Shown: one piece after another, positions 9,683 through 17,593 of the stretch | Position numbering within the stretch: the stretch's first letter is position 1 | How the letters are laid out: each line of letters opens with the position of its first letter | Assembly: GCA_016206365.1 (NCBI GenBank) | Contig: JACQRR010000053.1 | Span: 1 to 33,939 of the forward strand | Source of the DNA: Candidatus Roizmanbacteria bacterium | GTDB lineage: Bacteria; Patescibacteriota; Microgenomatia; UBA1406; GWC2-37-13 | Length of the DNA stretch: 33,939 nucleotides | Reading direction: 5' to 3' | The notes under the pieces: generated by a model | Databases searched by the model: none | What the model saw: the letters and a program-made list of their open reading frames with translations, nothing else | What the model was told of the DNA's origin: nothing | Made by a program: the position numbers and the translations under genes

Positions 9683-12097
9683 TTAATCGTCAGCCTGGTA
9701 TTCTACAACCGAAAAATTTACCTGTTCGCTCTCTATTTTCTGCCCACTCAACGATTCACCTACAGATTTAACTCTATGGTTGCCCAATTTTGGCTTCCAA
9801 GAAACTTTGAAGGGAAACTCTGTGGTTGATTGCAGAAAAACCCCATCGACATACCAGCTTACTTTAGCAATATTGGAAGATGCATTGACTTCAAAGACTA
9901 TAGCTTGATTATTTACCAAGAGAGGCGCGGATTCAAAAACAGTTTTTTCTCTTGGATAAGTTATCTCTATGAATGGCTGGATCGAACCAATTTGTCCGCC
10001 TTTACAAAGTGGTGAAGATTGCTGGGGAATAACTGCTTGATTGTTTTCTACCGCCCAGGTATAGACTTGTGGTGGATAATCAAGAAATATTTTTTTTTCG
10101 ACAAACTCTTTCGGGCAGGACTCTCCAGCCAATAGGTTGTTTCTTTTATCGATCTTTATTTTCCTATGCAAATTTGAAAATTCTTTAGGTTCGCTACCTT
10201 CAATAAAAATTTCCGAATTTTTTTCCGGGCATAAAGAGTCCGGCAGTTTGCCTGATAAAGCGCATATCTCTGCTTCTTTTATTCTGTCTGGCCGTACGAA
10301 TTGACTTTTTGCTTTACCCTTGAGAAATTCTTCAAAGAATTGATTCCAGATTGGAGCCGCGCCTACAACCCCGGTAATTTCTTTCAGCGGATGATTATCA
10401 TTATTTCCTACCCAGACTCCTACCGTATAGTCAGGCGTGTAGCCTACTGTCCAATTGTCGTGCCAATCTGTGGTCGTGCCTGTTTTTACAGCAGCGGGAT
10501 GAGTAAGTACTAAAGGATTTTTCTCGCCAAACCCTGAAATTCGAGCCTTTGGATCGGAAAGAATATCAGAAATTAAATAGGCAACCTGTTGGCTATTTTT
10601 TCCTAATACCGATCTACCTCGTTCAAATTTGTGCGTAAATAAAGTCTCCCTATCATCAGTCGTAATACTTTCGATTGCATAAAAAGATTTGTATACCCCC
10701 CCTCTGGCAAAACTGGCAAAGACATTGGCTAGATCAATCAGCCTAACTTCACCGCCCCCAAGAGTCAGTGCTAAATCATACCGGTCTTCTTGATTTAATG
10801 TAGTGACGCCTAAATCTTTTGCCAGCTTGAGAAAATTTTTTATCCCCACGCGATTCAACATTTCTACCGCTGGTAAGTTGAATGACGACGCCAACGCTTC
10901 TCGAACCAGAACTAAACCATGAAATCGGCCATCATAGTTATTTGGGGCGAATCCTTCTCCTTTTTTAGTCTTATAAACCTTCTTCACATCGTAAATAAGG
11001 GTCGCAGGCGTATATCCTTGCATAAAAGCCGCGGCATAAGTAACAGGTTTTAAAGCCGAGCCTGGTTGTCTAGGAGCAGTTGCCATGTTGACCTGGCCAG
11101 AATTTTTGCCAGCAAAATAGTCCACCCCTCCGAGCATAACGAGGATTTCTCCTGTATCATTTTTAATTAGAACGAGAGAAGCGTTAGAGAGGGCGTGTTC
11201 ATCGCGTAATTTGTCCACCCAGAGTTTGGCTATTTCTTCGCTTAAGAGGAATGAGGGATAGTCAAGAGTAGTATAGATATTTATGCCTTGCTGATTTTTT
11301 ATTCTTAGTCGATCTGTCTCTTGGAGTACATAATGAACAAAATGAGGAGCCTTGATGTCAGGTTGTTCTTGTCTTAAATTCAGCCTTTCTTGTTTAGCCT
11401 CTCCCGTCCTTTCTTTTGAGATAAATTTATTCTTTAGCGTCAAATCTAGAACTTGTTCTTGGGCTCTTTTTGCCTCTTTAAAATTGCTAAATGGATTACG
11501 ATTTTCTGGTGAAGCAATCAGCCCAGTAAGAAAGGCGCTCTCGGCAAGCGAAAGCTGGCTCACGTCTTTAGCGAAGTAGGCATTTGAGGCTGATTGTATG
11601 CCGTAGGCGAGATTTCCATAATAAACCTCGTTTAGATATTTTGTTAAAATCTCTTTTTTTGGATATATTATATTTAACCTTAAGGCAATAAGAATCTCTC
11701 TGATTTTTCTAATAATCTTTCTGGGTGGATTTTTCTGCGGAGAGATAATTGCGATTCTTGCTAACTGTTGCGTGATAGTACTTGCACCGCTGACGATCTT
11801 ACCTTTTTGGACATTTTGAGATAATGCTCTTATCAAGGCTTTAAAATCAACGCCGCTATTTGTCCAGAACGAATTGTCTTCTGAAGCAATTGTTGCATCG
11901 ATCAGATGTTTTGGCAGTTGATCAAAAGTGACAGGAATTTTCTTACCCACCTTTCCTGCAGATTCGTAAAGAAGAACTTTATTCCTGTCCCAAATTTTCA
12001 TTGTTCCGAATTCTCTGATATTGGGTTCTGTCCAAAAAAACAAAAAAATAAAGAAACAGAGCAAGAAAATAGCCGACGCCTTCTTCATATTATTCAT
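9683..12097 (-). CDS. pbpC: Bifunctional penicillin-binding protein 1C (GT51 transglycosylase + transpeptidase + PbpC C-terminal domain)
   Basis: 804-aa ORF. GT51 motifs are ASEDNSFWTNSGVD and GASTITQQL. Transpeptidase motifs are SALK (SxxK), SSFN (SxN) and KTGTT. There is an N-terminal TM anchor and a C-terminal beta domain (VSWYVDG...NHRV). A 69-nt gap separates it from the A2M gene on the same strand. Confidence 0.85.
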   Translation of the reverse strand: MNNMKKASAIFLLCFFIFLFFWTEPNIREFGTMKIWDRNKVLLYESAGKVGKKIPVTFDQLPKHLIDATIASEDNSFWTNSGVDFKALIRALSQNVQKGKIVSGASTITQQLARIAIISPQKNPPRKIIRKIREILIALRLNIIYPKKEILTKYLNEVYYGNLAYGIQSASNAYFAKDVSQLSLAESAFLTGLIASPENRNPFSNFKEAKRAQEQVLDLTLKNKFISKERTGEAKQERLNLRQEQPDIKAPHFVHYVLQETDRLRIKNQQGINIYTTLDYPSFLLSEEIAKLWVDKLRDEHALSNASLVLIKNDTGEILVMLGGVDYFAGKNSGQVNMATAPRQPGSALKPVTYAAAFMQGYTPATLIYDVKKVYKTKKGEGFAPNNYDGRFHGLVLVREALASSFNLPAVEMLNRVGIKNFLKLAKDLGVTTLNQEDRYDLALTLGGGEVRLIDLANVFASFARGGVYKSFYAIESITTDDRETLFTHKFERGRSVLGKNSQQVAYLISDILSDPKARISGFGEKNPLVLTHPAAVKTGTTTDWHDNWTVGYTPDYTVGVWVGNNDNHPLKEITGVVGAAPIWNQFFEEFLKGKAKSQFVRPDRIKEAEICALSGKLPDSLCPEKNSEIFIEGSEPKEFSNLHRKIKIDKRNNLLAGESCPKEFVEKKIFLDYPPQVYTWAVENNQAVIPQQSSPLCKGGQIGSIQPFIEITYPREKTVFESAPLLVNNQAIVFEVNASSNIAKVSWYVDGVFLQSTTEFPFKVSWKPKLGNHRVKSVGESLSGQKIESEQVNFSVVEYQADD

Positions 12098-12161
12098 TCT
12101 ACATAATTAAAAAGCATCCTATATAAATAATATTTAATACTATTGATGTATAATCTCCTTT

Positions 12162-13619
12162 ATGGTTTGTGCCGAACTGATGCGGGCAACCGATCCGCTA
12201 GCCAATATCGAAAAGCGGAATCAAGACATGCTTGCCATTGGTAAACGCGCTGGTATAGCTATCATGACTCTTCTGCCTCTTATCCATCGGGTAACGCGTA
12301 ATTGGAATACAGCATTTCCTTTTGATCCAGAGACAGATGCGTTAATGCAGAAAAGTATCGCGGAAATAAATGCTTATGGTCAGTTTTTCACTCTACTAAA
12401 TAAAACAGGAAATAATTCTTCTGATGATCTTGCTCATTGGACTAACGTCATTTTTCTAAACCTTAATCCTCAACCCTACGTCTATGTGGTTAATGATCAA
12501 GAAGTTGTTTATGAAGATCGTGACAGGCCTTCACGTTTAAGAAGATTTTTGGCTGAATACGCTGAACTGCTTAAAGAAACATTTGCTTTGCCGGATTGGG
12601 ATGATAAAACGCTTGATTATTTATTAACCCAACCACCAGATAGAGGTTTAGAATTAGTTGGAGCGCCGCTAGAGATGGAAGGTCTTCGTTTTCTCCCAGC
12701 CTATCGTCAGCTGGCATGGGGGCAGGAGGATGAAAAAGCGGGAAAACTAGTTGTTGTCCAGAGGACTGGCATACCACTTGATATCTTACAATTTCAAAAG
12801 GAGGGAGGACGAGAATTTTTCCTGGCTTCAACAGGCGGATTAAAATCTCTTGATCTTAGTTTAAGATCGTGTAGACAGTATGATCCGGTTGGCGTAATCG
12901 GCGCCAGAGAAAAACCGCATCTTTTAACTTCAGGAATGCCTGCGGTTGTTGTCGACCGCGACGGTACCATTTCTTATCAACCTTGGTGGCATGAGGATAC
13001 CGATGAAGCAAAAAATGCCCGTTCGACTTTCTTTACCCGCCTTCATCAACAGGGGATACCTACAATTATCTGGTCTCGCAATGACTCTGTGTTTTTCTTT
13101 AAGGAGGATCTAGAAAGACTTTTAGGAATTCAACTACTTGATCCCATCACCTTTTCAAATTGGCCTTTTTTTGATCCGAAAAGTGGCGAATTATCTTATC
13201 AGGCTGATAGATTAAAAATAGCCTGTGAAAGAATGCCGGCCGAATTAGGAGAAGTAATAGCTCGATATGTGCAACAAAATTTCGCTACACCAGCCGGACA
13301 ACAAATTGAAGATTATGTCGAAATTCTTAGGCTACGAATTGAAGATTTTATGATCAAACACTTTGCCAAACGGAGAGGAGACTACCTGACTTGGGAAAGG
13401 TTGCTCGAGGCAAAAGTTCCAGCTTTCATAGGCATTTCACAAGATAGTCTTTCTCCAGATATCCGCGCCGATTTTATCAGAAATGGCATCCTCGTCAACA
13501 ACAGTTTTTTTTCGCTGGAAAGCGCAAAGATCTTCGGCTACAGTCTAATTCATGTTGATTACGTTCCACATGTCGATACTGCTGTAGACATTATAAATTG
13601 GATGTATGCGAATAAGTGA
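12162..13619 (+). CDS. Hypothetical protein; the C-terminal half has a HAD-like DxDGT motif
   Basis: 485-aa ORF, visibly more GC-rich than its neighbours. AVVVDRDGTI resembles HAD phosphatase motif I, and IIWSRND is a possible motif II. Nothing else was recognised. Confidence 0.5.
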   Translation: MVCAELMRATDPLANIEKRNQDMLAIGKRAGIAIMTLLPLIHRVTRNWNTAFPFDPETDALMQKSIAEINAYGQFFTLLNKTGNNSSDDLAHWTNVIFLNLNPQPYVYVVNDQEVVYEDRDRPSRLRRFLAEYAELLKETFALPDWDDKTLDYLLTQPPDRGLELVGAPLEMEGLRFLPAYRQLAWGQEDEKAGKLVVVQRTGIPLDILQFQKEGGREFFLASTGGLKSLDLSLRSCRQYDPVGVIGAREKPHLLTSGMPAVVVDRDGTISYQPWWHEDTDEAKNARSTFFTRLHQQGIPTIIWSRNDSVFFFKEDLERLLGIQLLDPITFSNWPFFDPKSGELSYQADRLKIACERMPAELGEVIARYVQQNFATPAGQQIEDYVEILRLRIEDFMIKHFAKRRGDYLTWERLLEAKVPAFIGISQDSLSPDIRADFIRNGILVNNSFFSLESAKIFGYSLIHVDYVPHVDTAVDIINWMYANK

Positions 13620-13671
13620 CAACTACAACTCTTCGAAAAGTGAAACTGAAAAAGTTTAAATCAAGTAGTAC

Positions 13672-13859
13672 ACGAATTTCGCAGTTGTCATTCTGAGCAC
13701 ATTCGACAAGCTCAGTGTAAACTCCGCGAAGAATCTCTCGCGAATGCGAGTTCTGAAAGGACGTCTGACGTCCTGAAACAAGTTCAGAGATCCTTCGTCG
13801 TGGAATTTATCCCGATGAAAATCGGGACTCCTCAGGATGACAGGAAGTGCGAAACTCGT
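13672..13859. repeat. Roughly 188-nt highly structured inverted-repeat element (MITE-like or structured RNA)
   Basis: The terminal arm acgaatttcgcagttgtcattctgag (13672-13697) pairs with ctcaggatgacaggaagtgcgaaactcgt (13831-13859). Internal hairpins are tgagc/gctca, cgcga/tcgcg, aggacg-tctga-cgtcct and cccgat-gaaa-atcggg. There is no ORF. Confidence 0.5.
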
Positions 13860-13863
13860 ATAG

Positions 13864-14738
13864 TAGGGTAAGTCTTGAAAACAGCCACTAAAAACGATAG
13901 AATTAGATTATTGTGAGAAGATATTTTTGTCCAAGATGTGATAACAAGGTTCTATACAACGTTAGGAGAGGTAAAAAACGATGTAAAAAGTGTCTTTACG
14001 AGTGGAAACAAAAGATCGCCGGATTTAGTTTAACAAGAAAAGAATGGCAGAAAATTCTTTTTTGGTTTGTCTTAGATCACGATATCAGAACAGTCGTTGA
14101 ACAAACGAAGATTAGTAAGTATTCAGTTGAAAAAACTCTTAAAATAACGAGACAAATAATGGCGAGAGATGTTCCCGGAATATTTGAAGGCACAGTTGAA
14201 GTCGATGAAACATATTTAGGCGGTCAAAAGAAAAATAAAATAAAAAACAGTTACTAAAGGAAAAACTTGAAAGGAGAGAATCAAAACGAGGTTTTGGAAC
14301 AACTAAACAGCCTGTTTTTGGTATTTTAACCCGTCAGGGCAAGGTATTTGCTGAATTAGTCAATGATACAGAAGCTAAAGATTTGTTACCGATCATAACT
14401 AAAAAAGTAAAGATTGGTTCTCAAATCTGTTCAGACACGGCAAAAGCGTATACAGGTTTAGCGGCTAAAGGATACGTTCATCGAACTGTTGAACACGGTG
14501 AGAAAGAATATGTTGATAAAAATAATAAAAGCAACCACATAAACGGACTTGAAGGATTTTGGGGATATCTTAAAAGGAAGCTAGCTGCTAAAGGTGGAAT
14601 TAAAAGACAATACTTACATTTGTTTTTAGGAGAATATGTTTGGAGGTATAATTATAGAGAACTATCAAAAGAAAAACAGATCGATCGATTATTAAATTTA
14701 GTTATTAATTTTAGTGGCTAAAATCAGGACTTACCCTA
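13864..14738 (+). mobile_element. IS1595-family (ISXO2-like) insertion sequence
   Basis: 27-bp terminal inverted repeats: tagggtaagtcttgaaaacagccacta (13864-13890) against the reverse complement of 14712-14738, 22/27 identical. They enclose a transposase with an N-terminal zinc ribbon (CPRCDN..CKKC) and an ISXO2-like DDE region (VEVDETYLGG ... CSDTAKAY ... HINGLEGFW). Confidence 0.8.
13913..14721 (+). pseudogene. IS1595-family transposase split over two frames (13913..14257, and a -1 frame open from 14239 to 14721)
   Basis: Frame 0 stops at 14255-14257. The -1 frame continues with KKQLLKEKLERRESKRGFGTTKQPVFGILTRQGKV, as expected for ISXO2-like transposases. The frames overlap in an A-tract that contains an in-phase A_AAA_AAC heptamer (14242-14248). 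Confidence 0.75.
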
Positions 14739-14861
14739 AGATAAGTATAGATGGGACTCAGACGAAGTAAAAAGTTAATGATTGGAGCTTAATTATGCTC
14801 TAAATCGTTTTTAAGAAGTCAGAGTTAGGTTACCAGTGCCTAGTTCCCAAAAGTTTATTTA

Positions 14862-15054
14862 GTGGACAAGCTTCAAAATAATTTAAACCAGATTGAGGAG
14901 TATATTTGGAGGTGGTATCATACAATTAAGAATCTTAACTTTAAGAATGTGGCAAGCACTGGTTGAGGATTTCCGAACAGCAAACTGGGCTCAACTGGTA
15001 CCTTATCCAGAGATAGTTTATCAGAAAACTCACCAATTTCTTCAGTCAAGTTGA
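14862..15054 (+). repeat. Repeat unit A: mini-ORF F1 (14862..14966, GTG start, 34 aa) overlapping mini-ORF F2 (14947..15054, 35 aa, +1 frame)
   Basis: F1 is VDKLQNNLNQIEEYIWRWYHTIKNLNFKNVASTG. F2 is MWQALVEDFRTANWAQLVPYPEIVYQKTHQFLQSS. Homologous copies lie at 30996..31200(-), 32244..32348(-) and 17415..17593. Confidence 0.6.
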
Positions 15055-15102
15055 CTTGTTGGAACTTATGATTCGGAACAATTAGTTATTCCTTGTTTTG
15101 TC

Positions 15103-17376
15103 TTATAAAGTAGTTAGTTCATCTAATCCAATACACCTTCTTAACCATCTCATATTCCAGTATCCCAACCCTTTTTCAATTTGATCGAGATCTTTAATCC
15201 TTTCGGAGTGGGCGAATTTGTCTCGGATAGCTGCATAAAACGTGAAGGCAGTTGATACAATTTCCTTGTCTTTTACAAAACTCCTTTCAAACTGTACCCA
15301 ATTGCTTTTTTTAATAATCATATCTTTTAGATGTGATGTGCCTGCAAATCTCAACTTTTCTTCATTTGGAATTAATTCAAATTCTTTCCAAGGAATTTTT
15401 GATTTATCCTTTTCTATGATTTCTTTTATTCTATCTTTCGTCTCTGAAGGAATACCCTTTTCCCACCATTCTTTTCCAAACAATGATTTTAACCCATCCA
15501 CAATAAAGTCTTTCATCTTTACCTCTGTATCATCTATTAAGTCTTTAATCCTTTGATCAGTTTCATTATCAGGCACACCAGGAGTCCATCTTCCTTTTTT
15601 CCATAATTCAATACCGAAATGTGTTCTTTCTTTAAGATCCCACAGCAATCTTTGTGTATTCTCAACAATAAGTTCCCTGCTTGTACCACCGCTTATTTCA
15701 TTTCTTTTTTCTTGAGTCATGTTCCTAATTTTTTCTATAACTGATTCAAGGATTTCTGCTGTTTTTTTATTAAATTTGTCTTTATTTTTTGAGAAATAAA
15801 TACTTTTATCTCCAAATAAATTAAAGTATTTCAAAAGTTGCCTGAGAATGTTTAATAGTATTCGGATTCCTACATTTGAGCAAAGCAACCCTTCATCAGC
15901 TTTTTCCCAATCTTCAAGATATAACTTTGAGATTGTATTGAGATATTCTTTTATTACCTCAAATGCAGTATCTACACTATTGTCATAATTTTCATCGAAT
16001 AAAAGATCCTCTGTTTTCCTTATAAGCCTATTTTCGTTAATAGCAATACAAATTCTCGTTAACGATAGGTGTGCTTTTTTTTGATTATCTTTAGATTGTG
16101 ATGGTAGTTTAATAAACTGAAATAGTGGAGAATCTTTATCAGAATTTAAATTTTTAGATATTTGCGAAATTGTCCATAGTTCTTTCTGTTTTGTGTCAGT
16201 AGAGTCTTTATAAATATCTGAATACAGATCCCATAAAAGATCAGCACTTATTGGTTTTTGCTCTTTATTTATGTCTACGAACAACTTTGCTTGATCCTTT
16301 ACTGCTATGTTGTCAAAAGCTAATACCGGAATAAGTGCATCCTCTGATTTGCCTGAATTTAAATAACCATATAAACGGTGTTGTCCGTCAATTATCCAAG
16401 CACTGCCATATTGCCTTGGTAAAGTTAGCGTGCCTAGTACAATATCTCCTACTGTAGTTTTCGTTTCGAAGGTTGGATTAGTCGTAAAATTCATGATAAT
16501 GTTATTCGCAAAGTAACCTCCACCTTTGACATACTCCTTAATACTCTCGAGTTTAGCTTTATTTAACATTCTTTGATAGGTATATCTTATTGCATCTGGG
16601 TTTGCTTCTTCTCTCCTGTGAATATAGGCTATTCCACTTAATAATTTTTCAGGTTGAACAACAAAATAATAGTATTTTTTATCGCCTTTACCCCCGCGTA
16701 TTGCTGGCACCTGAATTGTCTCGAGAAGATTTTTTCTATTTCTAAAAAGGATCGAATACATTATGACTTTAGCATAATTTCCATATTGTTCTGTCAAAGT
16801 CATATATGATTGTGTTTCCTTATCTGTCCAAAGAAAGAAGTTTTTTCCAATATTTTCTTTAGCTAATTTGACATTATTTTCAGGCAAAGCAATATTTTTA
16901 GTTATAAGGAAAAATATAGGCCGATAATGTTTTTGGTAATGCTCCCATAATGAATTAATTACTTCCACTCTTGTATTTAATATTTCATGAATATCTTTAG
17001 ATAAGTTCTTTGTAGTAGGTTTTTCTGCAGATTTGCATTCGACTAAACAAATGCTGTTTTCGTCTTTTGCAAATACATCAATCTGTCTTTGATTAGTTCC
17101 TATGCCGATCTTTAAATGTCGATCTTCATTCATTTCTTTAAACCCCATTTTCTTAAAAAGTAGCCATATTTCATCCTCAAATAATTCATCAGGGGGCTTA
17201 TTTTTGAAGATTCTTAGGGTTTTCTCATACTCTTTCTTTATTATCCAATTCTGTTCTTTATACTTTAATGCGAGGGGCTTATCTACCGTTTCTTCTATTG
17301 TTAATTTTGCTTTTAATTTCGCAACCTTCTCTAGATCGCTGTTCTTAACTAAAACACCGGAAACGTCATTAGACAT
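15103..17376 (-). CDS. Three-module protein: N-terminal PD-(D/E)xK nuclease-like, central DGQHR (DndB/ParB-like) domain, C-terminal Swt1-like HEPN (Rx4H)
   Basis: 757-aa ORF. IDVFAKDENSICLVECK (D100, E113, K115; 17032-17079) fits PD-(D/E)xK. YYYFVV...YQR...WIIDGQHRLYG...LFVDINKEQKP (DGQHR codons start at 16389) fits the DGQHR/DndB family. The C-terminus WWEKGIP...SNWVQFERSF...AAIRDKFAHS (R718..H723; 15208-15225) fits HEPN. Confidence 0.8.
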   Translation of the reverse strand: MSNDVSGVLVKNSDLEKVAKLKAKLTIEETVDKPLALKYKEQNWIIKKEYEKTLRIFKNKPPDELFEDEIWLLFKKMGFKEMNEDRHLKIGIGTNQRQIDVFAKDENSICLVECKSAEKPTTKNLSKDIHEILNTRVEVINSLWEHYQKHYRPIFFLITKNIALPENNVKLAKENIGKNFFLWTDKETQSYMTLTEQYGNYAKVIMYSILFRNRKNLLETIQVPAIRGGKGDKKYYYFVVQPEKLLSGIAYIHRREEANPDAIRYTYQRMLNKAKLESIKEYVKGGGYFANNIIMNFTTNPTFETKTTVGDIVLGTLTLPRQYGSAWIIDGQHRLYGYLNSGKSEDALIPVLAFDNIAVKDQAKLFVDINKEQKPISADLLWDLYSDIYKDSTDTKQKELWTISQISKNLNSDKDSPLFQFIKLPSQSKDNQKKAHLSLTRICIAINENRLIRKTEDLLFDENYDNSVDTAFEVIKEYLNTISKLYLEDWEKADEGLLCSNVGIRILLNILRQLLKYFNLFGDKSIYFSKNKDKFNKKTAEILESVIEKIRNMTQEKRNEISGGTSRELIVENTQRLLWDLKERTHFGIELWKKGRWTPGVPDNETDQRIKDLIDDTEVKMKDFIVDGLKSLFGKEWWEKGIPSETKDRIKEIIEKDKSKIPWKEFELIPNEEKLRFAGTSHLKDMIIKKSNWVQFERSFVKDKEIVSTAFTFYAAIRDKFAHSERIKDLDQIEKGLGYWNMRWLRRCIGLDELTTL

Positions 17377-17414
17377 CCTAATTTGTGTTAAATTGTAAAA
17401 GGTGTCTTATTGTA

Positions 17415-17593
17415 TCAAAAAGTTCCAAACTCATTTCCATCAACCAATTTTGCGAGAATAGCGTCTATTTCGTGAAGTTTCTCAAGGTTTTTGTCCACGA
17501 TGAGATTATATCAAATCTAAATGGGTGGAAATCGTCCAATATCCTGAAGTAGTTTATCAGAAATCTATGCAGTTTCTACATTCGTTCGCCTAG
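17415..17593. repeat. Repeat unit in the DGQHR-gene leader: F1-like mini-ORF on the minus strand (17415..17498) and an F2 copy on the plus strand (17519..17593)
   Basis: The minus strand reads GTGGACAAA... and encodes VDKNLEKLHEIDAILAKLVDGNEFGTF (27 aa), ending 38 nt before the DGQHR ATG. The plus strand encodes KWVEIVQYPEVVYQKSMQFLHSFA, homologous to the F2 tail NWAQLVPYPEIVYQKTHQFLQSS at 14983..15054. Confidence 0.55.

Noticed and set aside
9830-12831. ORFs 9830..10015, 10301..10513, 11352..11579, 11906..12106 and 12571..12831
   Set aside because: These are shadow ORFs antisense to pbpC or to the 485-aa ORF.
13764-13780. A hammerhead-like CUGA...GAAAC string in the structured element
   Set aside because: No stem II lies between the CUGA and GAAA boxes and no consistent three-way junction can be drawn, so this is probably coincidental.
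13856-14750. Target-site duplication for the IS1595-family element
   Set aside because: The 8 bp flanking the inverted repeats (tcgtatag and agataagt) differ. Only a gtatag hexamer occurs on both sides (13858-13863 and 14745-14750), and on the right it lies 6 nt away from the IR. No clean TSD can be claimed.
15242-17398. ORFs 15242..15556(+) and 17102..17398(+)
   Set aside because: They are antisense to the DGQHR-fusion gene, and their Ser/Phe/Ile-rich translations are typical of the reverse strand of AT-rich coding sequence.
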